The notes beneath the pieces were generated by a model that ran no database searches, was not told the DNA's origin, and worked only from the letters and a program-made list of their open reading frames with translations. A program made the translations under genes and the position numbers. Shown here piece by piece: positions 31,047 through 41,030 of a stretch of 52,741 nt of DNA. Positions within the stretch are counted from its first letter, which is position 1; every line of letters begins with the position of its first letter. Source of the DNA: Candidatus Enterousia sp. Lineage in GTDB: Bacteria; Pseudomonadota; Alphaproteobacteria; Rs-D84. The DNA lies in contig JAZTYU010000010.1 in NCBI GenBank assembly GCA_045637165.1, positions 1 through 52,741 on the forward strand, in the 5' to 3' direction.

Positions 31047-32084
31047 ATGAAAAAAACAATCAGTGCAGCAGTTGCGTTGTCAGTATTAGGTGCACCTGCA
31101 ATTGCAGCCAACATGGAAAACCCACTGTATATGCCAAAGCAAGGTGCAGTGTATTCCAAAACATCTGCTGGCGTTATGTACAAGGTTGCAGACGACACAG
31201 ATGCAATGCAATTAAAACAGCACGATGGTGCGACAGAATTTCCAATCTGGCGTGTTCACGAAGAATTGGGATATGGTATTTTGGACAACCTGGAAGCTTA
31301 CTTAAAAGTTGGCTACACACACGACGGCGACATTGACCGCAAAGGCATGCATCTGGGTCGTGCAGGATTGAAATACCGTGCAATTGACACGACAGATGGC
31401 TGGGTATGGGATTTGTATGCCGACGCACAGTTGGGTGGCATCAGCGAAATGTCCGGTGCATATACTGCCACAGGCTTTAACTATGACAACTATTCGAACG
31501 GTCGTTGGGGTTTCCACGTTGGAACATCTGTTGGCAAGACATGGTCAAAATTCAGTATGGCAGGATTTGTCGAAGCATTACGCACATTCGGCAACGACAA
31601 CAACAGCATTGAATTGGTTTCGATAGATACAAAAAATCCAATGTTTGGGGTTTTGAGTCGTGCACAGTTAACAGCATTGGGTTTTCCATCAGAAATTTCA
31701 GTTGATCTGAAATCTGCAACCGAAATTAATGCTGGTTTAAAAATGTTCTATCAGATGGATGACCGCTGGTCATTTGGTGGTGGTTTGACATACAAACATC
31801 ACTCTGACAACGGTGTAGAAGGCTTGGCAACAGAATTGAAAACATTGCCATCACCATATGCAGAACAGCAGGCGGCATTGGTCAAGGGTTTATTGGCCGA
31901 AGTTGCTGATATGGAAGACGGATTTGATGAATATGTATTAAATCTGACTGCTGCATATCAATTGGACGATGCAACACAAATTGCCGTCTATGGCGAATAT
32001 ACATTTGACGAAGCACACAAACAGTCTCAAAACGGCACAGACGTCAAGGCTGAATTAGGTGTTCGCTTGAATGTTCAGTTCTAA
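31047..32084 (+). CDS. outer-membrane beta-barrel, possibly a major OMP/porin
   Basis: TAAGGAG RBS, signal peptide, amphipathic strands, ends VRLNVQF; own terminator at ~32124-32150. Confidence 0.85.
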   Translation: MKKTISAAVALSVLGAPAIAANMENPLYMPKQGAVYSKTSAGVMYKVADDTDAMQLKQHDGATEFPIWRVHEELGYGILDNLEAYLKVGYTHDGDIDRKGMHLGRAGLKYRAIDTTDGWVWDLYADAQLGGISEMSGAYTATGFNYDNYSNGRWGFHVGTSVGKTWSKFSMAGFVEALRTFGNDNNSIELVSIDTKNPMFGVLSRAQLTALGFPSEISVDLKSATEINAGLKMFYQMDDRWSFGGGLTYKHHSDNGVEGLATELKTLPSPYAEQQAALVKGLLAEVADMEDGFDEYVLNLTAAYQLDDATQIAVYGEYTFDEAHKQSQNGTDVKAELGVRLNVQF

Positions 32085-32266
32085 TTTCAGAACAAAAAAT
32101 AAATAAACTAACATATATTGGACAAAGTCCCCAGGCAACTGGGGATTTTTACTACAACACCACTTCCCCGCCCACCATTTTATTTATCACTACAAAACAA
32201 GCTTCTGATAAAAAACATCAAGAAAAACAAAAAAAAATCCCCAAACGGGGAATTTTAATAACTACA

Positions 32267-32827
32267 TCAGACTTCATCATCTTCGACGTCGTCTTCATCC
32301 TCTTCGACGGCATTCAAATCGATTTCCTTTGGAATCCCCAAGATATCTTCTATCTTGTCCGACGCAGCATCTAAATCAAGTTTATGCAACACAGCAAATT
32401 CCTGGGCCATACGTTCCAACGCACGCAAATACAACTGACGTGCCGAAAAAGTCATTGTATCCGCCGCACTGCGTCGTTGCAAATCACGCACTACTTCGGC
32501 CAACTTCATTGGATCGCCAGAATTGATATTTTCTTCGTATTGTGCCGCACGTCGTGCCCAAATCATACGCTTTGCCCCTGCCTTACCCTTGGCCGACGCA
32601 ATTGCTTCGTCCATTTTCTTGGCTGTTGACAACGGACGCAGTCCTGAAATCTCAGCCCGTTCCAGTGGAACACGCAACGTCATATGATTGCGTTCAAAAT
32701 CAATCACCAGCAATTTAACCTTTTGACCGCCGATTACTTGTTCTTCGACACGCAAAAGTTTACCAACACCCTGTGTCGGATATACAACATATTGTCCTGT
32801 TTTAAAGTCTAGTTTCTTACTTGGCAT
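32267..32827 (-). CDS. carD: CarD/CdnL-family transcription factor
   Basis: FKTGQYVVYPTQGVG, LRVP, WARR...INSGD..LAEVVRDL. Confidence 0.95.
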   Translation of the reverse strand: MPSKKLDFKTGQYVVYPTQGVGKLLRVEEQVIGGQKVKLLVIDFERNHMTLRVPLERAEISGLRPLSTAKKMDEAIASAKGKAGAKRMIWARRAAQYEENINSGDPMKLAEVVRDLQRRSAADTMTFSARQLYLRALERMAQEFAVLHKLDLDAASDKIEDILGIPKEIDLNAVEEDEDDVEDDEV

Positions 32828-32944
32828 TTGGATACCTTTTTACGGTTGCCATTCTCTCTGTCCCGGACATTATATCATAAAAAAAGCCAAAAAACAAACC
32901 TACAACGCAAAAAAAGTTAAAAGCCGGGATTCAACCCGGCTTTT

Positions 32945-33499
32945 CTATAATCTAATTCTACGCATTGTCCCTGTTCGACGAACACCTGATGCACGACTGG
33001 CCTCTGTTGTCCCTGTTGACGACGCACAAACCCACTTCCCGTCTTGCAAGACTGCGGTTGTTCCTGCCTCGCAATCTGGTTTTTCCAGACGCCACGCAAA
33101 ACATCCACCCTTTTGATACGATTGATAAGTTGCATTATCACTGCCACGTGTATATGCCCCATATCCTGGATTCCAATCACCCTTGGGTTCACCTGCACAC
33201 CATTTACGTTCCCCCCAACATTCAACACAATTATCTTCTGCATCGCACAATTGATTCATCGACGAAGTTGACCGATAGCCACTATTCGGTTTGTCATTAT
33301 TTCCCATTGTTTTGCCTGTTTCCAAATCACGGCACCACAACTTTTGACATTCTGCTACATCAATCCCATCAAGTTTTTTACGTGTTTCAACCAACACATA
33401 GCCCGGCCCACACGATAAAGCGGTCGACTCTGTTGCAGCATTCGCCACATTGATACCAACAATCGACAAAATTGCGATAATAAAAATACTCTTTCTCAT
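32945..33499 (-). CDS. exported Cys/Trp-rich hypothetical protein with Arg-rich tail
   Basis: Signal peptide; CGPGY, CQKLWC, CVECW, CEAG; ends RRTGTMRRIRL. Confidence 0.8.
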   Translation of the reverse strand: MRKSIFIIAILSIVGINVANAATESTALSCGPGYVLVETRKKLDGIDVAECQKLWCRDLETGKTMGNNDKPNSGYRSTSSMNQLCDAEDNCVECWGERKWCAGEPKGDWNPGYGAYTRGSDNATYQSYQKGGCFAWRLEKPDCEAGTTAVLQDGKWVCASSTGTTEASRASGVRRTGTMRRIRL

Positions 33500-33570
33500 A
33501 GTTGATATTTTACATTATTTCCATCATTTTAACAAGACAAAAAATGCGTCCAACCAAGGACGCACAATTA

Positions 33571-34002
33571 CTATTGTCCCAATCCTGCCGGACTAAACCG
33601 TCCAATATTGTTAAACAATTCTTCGATTGCATTTAATTCAATCGCAGCCGGAATTTCCGTTTCACCCTGTGCCAAAACAACATCAGGCAAATCAGCATCA
33701 TGCAAAACCTTGGTCTTCAAGACTTTATTACCCTTGACCCATGCCAACAACACAGTTTCATCTGTAAACGTTGGTGCCAGTGGCCCACGATAATTTTCAT
33801 CTGTCCCAAAATAAATCCACACTGTATCCCCATAGACAGTTTCAACCTGGGGTGCCCCAATTTTATCGACCAACTGTGCAGTTGTTTTGATATCTGCCAC
33901 CTGCGTTTCCAAATCAGTTGGAAACACATAACCACGATGTTTTGTCTGAAAGGTGCACCCCCCCAGACAAACCAACGCCAAAACGATAAATAATTTTTTC
34001 AT
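33571..34002 (-). CDS. bamE: outer-membrane assembly lipoprotein BamE (SmpA/OmlA)-like
   Basis: Lipobox LGGC, HRGYVF, IGAP, WIYF, EELFNNIGRF. Confidence 0.75.
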   Translation of the reverse strand: MKKLFIVLALVCLGGCTFQTKHRGYVFPTDLETQVADIKTTAQLVDKIGAPQVETVYGDTVWIYFGTDENYRGPLAPTFTDETVLLAWVKGNKVLKTKVLHDADLPDVVLAQGETEIPAAIELNAIEELFNNIGRFSPAGLGQ

Positions 34003-37000
34003 TTATCCTTCTCCGTTTTCTTTGACAACCGGTTTATTTAGCATTGCGAACTGTGCGATATGCTTTTTCAGTTCACTTTTATATGCATTATTTGCCTTGG
34101 CCATATCGACCAATTTATCGAACTGTGGATTTGCCGCCCGTGCCGCCCCAAATCTTGATTCCGTCTTCAAAAAATCTTCCAGCGGCAACGGATTATCCAC
34201 ATTTGAATCCATTGTCAGCGGATTATGTCCATCTGCAATCAAACGTGGGTCAAAGCGGAACAAAGGCCACGCCCCTGTCTGAACCATCTGCATTTGATGA
34301 CTTGCCCCATTTTGCAAGGCAAATCCATGTGCAATACATGGTGCATACGCCAATATAATTGAAGGGCCATTAAAAGATGCCGCCTCACGCAGGGCACGAA
34401 TCGCCTGGGCTTGATTTGCCCCCAACGCAATCTGTGCAACATATGCCCCAGACATCATCGCAATCATACCCAAATCTTTCTTGGCATTATTTTTACCACC
34501 GATTGCAAATTTCATACTGGCTCCAAACGGCGTAGATTTCGACTGCTGACCACCAGTATTTGAATATCCTTCGGTATCCAACACCAATATATTTACATTT
34601 TCACCACTGTGCAAAATATGGTCAACACCGCCATATCCAATGTCATACGCCCAACCATCACCACCAATAATCCATACAGACTTATCGACAATTTCACCAA
34701 CCAGCGTTTCGGCCAATCTTGCCCGTTCGCTGTCAATCTGTGCCAACTTATCACGCAATTGGGTTTCGATTTTACGTTGTTTTTTCGAATCGGTTTCATC
34801 GAATAATCCTTCGACATTTTCAATACCTAATTCGAACAACAACGCCTTCAAATTCTCACGTTTTTGATTTAATGCCAAACGCATTCCCAAACCATATTCA
34901 GCATTATCTTCGAACAACGAATTAGACCACGCTGGTCCCCGACCATTTTTATCACGTGTCCACGGTGTTGTCGGCAAATTCGCCCCATAAATAGACGAAC
35001 ACCCTGTTGCATTTGCAACAACCATTCTGTCACCGAATAAATGTGCCAACAGTTTCACATATGGCGTTTCACCACAACCAGCACACGCCCCTGGAAATTC
35101 AAAATAGTGTGGCAACAGTTCAACATGCTTTGGAATATTCAGATTTAATTTTTCACGTGGAAAATCTGGCAACTCTTCTGCTGCATTAAATTCTGCCTGT
35201 TGTTTTTCCATCACATCACGTGCATTTACCATTGAAATCGCCCCAGTTGGACAGTTTTTCACACAAATATTGCACCCAGTGCAGTCTGCTGGCGAAATAT
35301 TGATTGTGAAATACATATTTGGTCCCATTTCTGGCGTTTTCATTGGCACAACTTTTATACCACGCGCCTGTGCATCTGCGACCTGTTCCTGGGTCAATGC
35401 TTTGATACGAATAACTGCGTGCGGACACAACATAGAACACTTACCACACTGAATACATTTTTCTATATCAACTGTTGCAACCTTGTCGCTGATTGCACGC
35501 TTTTCATATTTTGATGTTCCAACAGGATATTGACCGCCACCAAACTGTCCATCAATTCTGAACCTGGACACAGGAATTGCATCACCACGTTGTGCAGCCA
35601 TTTCCCCCAACGTTCCTGCAATTTCCGCAGGCGTATTTAATGTCATTGCTGGCACAAAATCCGGTGCAAAACTTGATACAGAAGATGGCAAATCGTATTT
35701 ATTCAGATATTCTGCCGCTTTATCAACCGCAGCCCAGTTCGCCTGAACAACCTCTATTCCTTTCTTTTTATAAGTCTTTTCGATTGCAACCTTGGCACTG
35801 ACTGCTGCCTGTGCTGGGTCAATAACCTGGGTTAAATTAAAGAAATTCAACATAATAAATGTATTTATGCGATTTCCTAACCCCAATTCCGCAGCGGCCC
35901 GATTCGCATCCAAGAAATAAACATTTGCACGAATTCTGATTAAATGTTCCTGAACATCACGTGGCAGATTTGCAAACGCAACATCTGGGGTCATTGATGT
36001 ATTTATCATCACCGTCCCACAGGCACGCAACCCACGGAATACATCAAAACGCTGGGCAATCATAAAATTGGAAACACTAATAAAGTCAGCAACTTCAACC
36101 AGATATTGACTTTTAATCGATGCATCAGAAAAGCGAATATGCGACGCAGTCAACCCACCTGACTTTTTCGAATCATATACCGCATACGACTGTGGATACA
36201 AATCTGAATTTTCCCCAACGATTTTTACAATATTTTTTACCGCCCCAACTGTTCCATCACTGCCAATACCATATAAAATCGCAGTCTTAAAATTCGGGTC
36301 TTCGACCGCAAAGGCAGGGTCTGTTTTTAATGACAATCCTGTCAAATCATCATCGATGCCCACGGTAAAATTATGACGCAACGTCCCACGCATCAAGTTT
36401 TCATATATTGCCTTGACATCACGTGGCTTAAATTCCTTGGACCCCAAACCATAACGTCCGCCAAAGACCAACGCACTATCGCCAACAATTGATTTAACAT
36501 CTTGATACAATGGTTCACCAACGCTACCAGGCTCTTTTGTTCGGTCCAAAACAGCAATTGCCTTAACACTTTTCGGCAACACGTTCCGGAACGCTTCGAC
36601 TGGAAAAGGACGATACAAATGAACTTTGACCAATCCCAACCCTGACGGTAAATGTGGCAACGTTTCTTCGATTGTATCAACAGCACTGCCCATTGCAACA
36701 ACAACATATTCTGCGTCTTTATCCCCGACATAGTCTACCAAACCATACTTACGCCCGGTCAATTCTGCAAATTTGTCCATCATATCCTGGACAATTTCTG
36801 GTGTTTTATCATACAGTGGATTTGCGGCCTCTCGCCCCTGGAAATACACATCAGGATTTTGTGCTGTTCCACGAATTGTTGGATTATCCGGACTCATTCC
36901 CCGTCTGCGATTTTCCATAACGATTGCCTCTGGAATCATTTCACGCAAAACATCATCATCAATACGTGTCAAACGTGATTCTTCGTGGCTGGTGCGGAAT

Positions 37001-37512
37001 CCATCAAAGAAATGCAAGAACGGCACCCGACTACGAATTGTTGACGCATGTGCAATTGCTGCCATATCATGTGCCTGCTGAACATTATGCGAAGACAACA
37101 TTGCAAAGCCTGTCGAACGAACAGACATAACATCACTGTGGTCACCAAATATAGACAATGCGTGTGTTGCCAACGCACGTGCCGCCACGTGCATAACAAA
37201 CGGTGTTTGTTCACCGGCAATTTTATACATATTTGGAATCATCAACAACAACCCCTGGGATGCAGTAAATGTTGTTGCCAAACTGCCCATCTGCAATGCA
37301 CCATGCATCGCACCTGCGGCACCCGCTTCGGATTGCATTTCGATTATTTGTGGAATTGCCCCCCAGATATTTTTTTTGTGCTGGAACGACCATTCATCGG
37401 CTAATTCACCCATTGTGCTACTTGGGGTGATTGGATAAATCGCTGCAAAATCAACACATCTGTATGCCACATCTGCTGCGGCCCAGTTTCCATCTACAAT
37501 CAACTTTGACAT
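34003..37512 (-). CDS. nifJ: pyruvate:ferredoxin/flavodoxin oxidoreductase
   Basis: YPITPSS, EMQSEAGAAG, two 4Fe-4S motifs, GACAGCGE, GGDGWAYDIG. Confidence 0.98.
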   Translation of the reverse strand: MSKLIVDGNWAAADVAYRCVDFAAIYPITPSSTMGELADEWSFQHKKNIWGAIPQIIEMQSEAGAAGAMHGALQMGSLATTFTASQGLLLMIPNMYKIAGEQTPFVMHVAARALATHALSIFGDHSDVMSVRSTGFAMLSSHNVQQAHDMAAIAHASTIRSRVPFLHFFDGFRTSHEESRLTRIDDDVLREMIPEAIVMENRRRGMSPDNPTIRGTAQNPDVYFQGREAANPLYDKTPEIVQDMMDKFAELTGRKYGLVDYVGDKDAEYVVVAMGSAVDTIEETLPHLPSGLGLVKVHLYRPFPVEAFRNVLPKSVKAIAVLDRTKEPGSVGEPLYQDVKSIVGDSALVFGGRYGLGSKEFKPRDVKAIYENLMRGTLRHNFTVGIDDDLTGLSLKTDPAFAVEDPNFKTAILYGIGSDGTVGAVKNIVKIVGENSDLYPQSYAVYDSKKSGGLTASHIRFSDASIKSQYLVEVADFISVSNFMIAQRFDVFRGLRACGTVMINTSMTPDVAFANLPRDVQEHLIRIRANVYFLDANRAAAELGLGNRINTFIMLNFFNLTQVIDPAQAAVSAKVAIEKTYKKKGIEVVQANWAAVDKAAEYLNKYDLPSSVSSFAPDFVPAMTLNTPAEIAGTLGEMAAQRGDAIPVSRFRIDGQFGGGQYPVGTSKYEKRAISDKVATVDIEKCIQCGKCSMLCPHAVIRIKALTQEQVADAQARGIKVVPMKTPEMGPNMYFTINISPADCTGCNICVKNCPTGAISMVNARDVMEKQQAEFNAAEELPDFPREKLNLNIPKHVELLPHYFEFPGACAGCGETPYVKLLAHLFGDRMVVANATGCSSIYGANLPTTPWTRDKNGRGPAWSNSLFEDNAEYGLGMRLALNQKRENLKALLFELGIENVEGLFDETDSKKQRKIETQLRDKLAQIDSERARLAETLVGEIVDKSVWIIGGDGWAYDIGYGGVDHILHSGENVNILVLDTEGYSNTGGQQSKSTPFGASMKFAIGGKNNAKKDLGMIAMMSGAYVAQIALGANQAQAIRALREAASFNGPSIILAYAPCIAHGFALQNGASHQMQMVQTGAWPLFRFDPRLIADGHNPLTMDSNVDNPLPLEDFLKTESRFGAARAANPQFDKLVDMAKANNAYKSELKKHIAQFAMLNKPVVKENGEG

Positions 37513-37633
37513 AATAACTTTCCTTTTACCTAATAAACATCACCCGAATATTAGCCCCTTTGTCCCCCTTTGGCAAGGGCTTTATACGAAACAAAAAACA
37601 CATCAAAAGAACAAGAAATAAAACTCCCCCCTT

Positions 37634-37712
37634 TGTCATTCCTGCCGAATCCAGGAATAAGAAAAATCATAATTCCACCACCCTTGTCATTCCTGCGAAG
37701 ACATAAATAGGG
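37634..37712 (+). repeat. two tandem REP-like elements
   Basis: TGTCATTCCTGC at 37634 and 37685 joined by AATTCCACCACCCT, the same linker as at 342-356. Confidence 0.75.
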
Positions 37713-37762
37713 AATTTTATCTACCCCCCCCCAACAAAAAAATCCCCAAAACGGGGGATTTT

Positions 37763-39181
37763 TTATTTTTCTACCACTTCTTCACTATCAACAATCACAT
37801 CTGTTGGACTGACAATACTGCGATTTTGCATTTTACCCATTGCAATAACCATATCCATTGCACGTTGCAACTGATAATCACGCTCATCTTTTTCTTGGTC
37901 TGTCAATTCTTCGAATGGCGTTTCCTCGTCAGAATCTTTCTTTTCATCCTTGTCTGACTTCTTGCCATCTTTCTTTTTCGCCTTGTCGTTTTTCAAAGAA
38001 TTTTTGAACGACGCCTCTGAATACATACTATCTTTCTTTTCCAAGACCTCTAACTTTGATTGCAAAACTTCCACATCAGGTGTTATTCCTTCGTTCTGAA
38101 TCGACCGACCCGATGGCGTATAATAGCGTGCAATAGTAATATGAATTGCCGTCCCATCCCCCAATGGCTTTTGTTGTTGCACACTGCCCTTGCCAAACGA
38201 TTGTGCCCCCATAACCAGACCACGTCCATTATCTTGCAAGGCCCCGGCAACAATTTCAGAGGCCGATGCCGACCCATGGTTTATCAGCACAACCACAGGC
38301 TTTCCATTTACCATATCCCCTGGTTTTGCAAAAACCCGTTCAATATCAGCCTTTTCCTTGCCACGGGTTGAAACAATTTCCCCGCTATCCAGAAACGCAT
38401 CCGACACGTCAATTGCCGCCGTCAAATAACCACCCGGGTTATTGCGAACATCAACAACATATCCAACAACTTCTTTCTTTTCCAATTTTTCCAATGCTTT
38501 TTTCAAATCACGTGCTGTTGTTGCCCCAAAATCAGAAATTCGCACATATCCAACCTTTGGCGTGTCTTCGTCATCAATATCAGTCCCTGCGACAACCTTG
38601 ACATCTGACTTAACCGATTCCACCTTGATAATTGCACGTTTTAACGTCATTTCTTTGGATTCACCATCACTGGACACAACCGTCAGTTTAACCTTAGTTC
38701 CAGGACGCCCCTTCATCTTTTTTACCGCCTGATTCAATGTCAAATCAAAGACTTGTTCACCATCAATATGCGTAATATAATCCCCTGCCTTTATCCCTGC
38801 TTTATCTGCTGGTGTATCGTCAATCGGCGAAATAACACGCACCGCACCACGGTCGCTGGTAATTTGAATCCCCAAACCACCAAATTCACCATGTGATTTA
38901 TCATTAAATTCCTTGAAATCATCTGCCGACAAATATGAAGAATGTGGGTCCAACGCCCCCAGCATACCGTTCATTGCGGCTTCCAGCATCTTTTTTTCAT
39001 CAGCTTCTTCGACAAAGTTTTCACGAGCCACCTCGAAAACCAAGGCTAATTTTTTCAATTCTTGATAAATCTGTTCATCCGTTAGGTGGACAACAGGTTC
39101 TTCTTTTTTCTTGTTCTTTGGGGCGGCATCCACCACCATCGGCAAAAGCACAGCCAAAACAATCAATAAATTCTTCCACAT
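37763..39181 (-). CDS. ctpA: S41 carboxy-terminal processing protease
   Basis: LDPHSSY, PDZ GLGI, DVRNNPGG, SASASEIVAGALQD, GKGSVQ; start at MWKNLL. Confidence 0.95.
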   Translation of the reverse strand: MWKNLLIVLAVLLPMVVDAAPKNKKKEEPVVHLTDEQIYQELKKLALVFEVARENFVEEADEKKMLEAAMNGMLGALDPHSSYLSADDFKEFNDKSHGEFGGLGIQITSDRGAVRVISPIDDTPADKAGIKAGDYITHIDGEQVFDLTLNQAVKKMKGRPGTKVKLTVVSSDGESKEMTLKRAIIKVESVKSDVKVVAGTDIDDEDTPKVGYVRISDFGATTARDLKKALEKLEKKEVVGYVVDVRNNPGGYLTAAIDVSDAFLDSGEIVSTRGKEKADIERVFAKPGDMVNGKPVVVLINHGSASASEIVAGALQDNGRGLVMGAQSFGKGSVQQQKPLGDGTAIHITIARYYTPSGRSIQNEGITPDVEVLQSKLEVLEKKDSMYSEASFKNSLKNDKAKKKDGKKSDKDEKKDSDEETPFEELTDQEKDERDYQLQRAMDMVIAMGKMQNRSIVSPTDVIVDSEEVVEK

Positions 39182-39339
39182 ATTCAAACCCCTTTCATTA
39201 CAGCTGCCCTCAGCATAGCCAAAATATCCGCCCCATTCAACCCGAAATTTTCCAAAAATAAAAGAACACAAAATCTTGACAAACAATATTTTCTGTCCTA
39301 TATTTATACAAAATAACAATTATGTCAAAGGGGAATCCT

Positions 39340-40065
39340 ATGACCAGAACAGCAAGATTAAAGAACAGAATCGAATATAACCGTGAAATTATAACATATA
39401 TGTTATCAGGCACAGAAACAGTAAAACGTCTAAATAATGTAAACTGGCTGCGTCACGAAATATCATACACTGAACCACGCACCTTGTTCTTTGTCCCAAG
39501 CAAGGAACAACAACCATACCTAGATTTCAACTGCATGCGAAACCTGGGGCTGGCGTATGATTACATCTTGGAAAACCAACACCAAGACATTGACGAAAAA
39601 GCCATACTTGACATTCACAGCATACTATGTTCAAACACCCATATTGATGGTGCACACTATCGCAGCACGAACAAAATCATTGAAATAATGGTAAATGGCC
39701 AGCGCATGCATGCACCAGACCCAGCATACATACAACCTGGCATCAATGATATCATATATAATTACAAAAACAGCAAAGACGATGTATTGCATCGTGCATT
39801 CAAAATTCATTATGAATTGATTGCACTGCAACCATTTGACGACTTTAACAAACGAACGGCACGCTTGATTATGAACTGGGCACTAATTCAAGGTGGCTAT
39901 CGTCCAATTGTATTCAACCGCCGTGCGGACAAATCAAAATACAAAGAATCCATTGCAAACTATGCCAGTGGCGATAAACGTGCATACTATGCATATATGC
40001 AATCTTGTATGCTACGCACCCAAGAAGATATAATAAAATTACTAACCAAATCAAAAACGATATAA
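39340..40065 (+). CDS. Fic/Doc-family protein with non-canonical motif
   Basis: ILDIHSIL, HYELIALQPFDDFNKRTARLIMN; AAGGGG RBS before MTRTAR (alternative start 39322). Confidence 0.9.
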   Translation: MTRTARLKNRIEYNREIITYMLSGTETVKRLNNVNWLRHEISYTEPRTLFFVPSKEQQPYLDFNCMRNLGLAYDYILENQHQDIDEKAILDIHSILCSNTHIDGAHYRSTNKIIEIMVNGQRMHAPDPAYIQPGINDIIYNYKNSKDDVLHRAFKIHYELIALQPFDDFNKRTARLIMNWALIQGGYRPIVFNRRADKSKYKESIANYASGDKRAYYAYMQSCMLRTQEDIIKLLTKSKTI

Positions 40066-40069
40066 CAAA

Positions 40070-41002
40070 ATGTCAGAAAAATTAAACAATCTTATCCATG
40101 GTCGTGAAACATACATTGCCGATTTCGGCCCTGGCTTTGTTATGAAGCGTCCCCTGCCAACATCTGGTGCCGACGCACGTCAAGCCTGGCTGGAAAAACA
40201 ACACAAGACCAAAGAAACAATGGACAGGATTCACGACATTGGAAATCCACGCTATAACATTCCACAAATGTTGTATATCAAGGACGACGAATTCCAATTA
40301 CTAGAAGAACGTGCCCCAGGGTTTCACCTGACCGCCGATTTATATAAACAACTTTCACGTCGCCAGCGTTATGAAATCATCGATGGGATTGCTTCATTTT
40401 TGGTTGATATGAACGAATCCCGTCCAATTGGCGAAATTGTTTCACACAAAATTTCCCAAGACCTAAAATTCAAACGTCTAGACAACTTTGTAAACAATAA
40501 AATGAACAACTGGTTTACGGTTGCAGAAACCCAAAAACTGGGCAAAATCCGTGATACAATCGGCACATTTGAATATGAAACACGCCTGGCGTGGTCGCAC
40601 GGCGACTTAAATTCTGGCAATGTCATATACGACCCATTGACCAGCACCTTGTCATTTATCGACTTTGCCGAAGCAAACTATAACTTTATCTATCGTGATA
40701 TATTTGCACCATTGCAAATTGAACTGGACATCTGGACCCCTGTTTACGAAGCCTACACCCGCCTGCACAATCCTGCAATGTATTTGATGCCCGGTCCACG
40801 CAATCCGAACCTGCGCAACATTATGAAACACCGCCTGTTGATTACCATCCTACGTCGTATAATCAAGGCATCTGACGACCTGCGTTTAAATCCAGCGAAT
40901 CAAAAAAGTATTGATAATAATGCTGCCAAGGTTGCATTCATTCGTGAACAAATGCAAAAAATTGATTATATCGAATCCCTATTCCCAACAAACCATCGAT
41001 AA
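40070..41002 (+). CDS. APH/choline-kinase-like phosphotransferase
   Basis: VMKRP lysine, EERAPG, HGDLNSGN catalytic loop, FIDF. Confidence 0.88.
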   Translation: MSEKLNNLIHGRETYIADFGPGFVMKRPLPTSGADARQAWLEKQHKTKETMDRIHDIGNPRYNIPQMLYIKDDEFQLLEERAPGFHLTADLYKQLSRRQRYEIIDGIASFLVDMNESRPIGEIVSHKISQDLKFKRLDNFVNNKMNNWFTVAETQKLGKIRDTIGTFEYETRLAWSHGDLNSGNVIYDPLTSTLSFIDFAEANYNFIYRDIFAPLQIELDIWTPVYEAYTRLHNPAMYLMPGPRNPNLRNIMKHRLLITILRRIIKASDDLRLNPANQKSIDNNAAKVAFIREQMQKIDYIESLFPTNHR

Positions 41003-41030
41003 AAAACGACCGCCAAAATGGCGGTTATTT

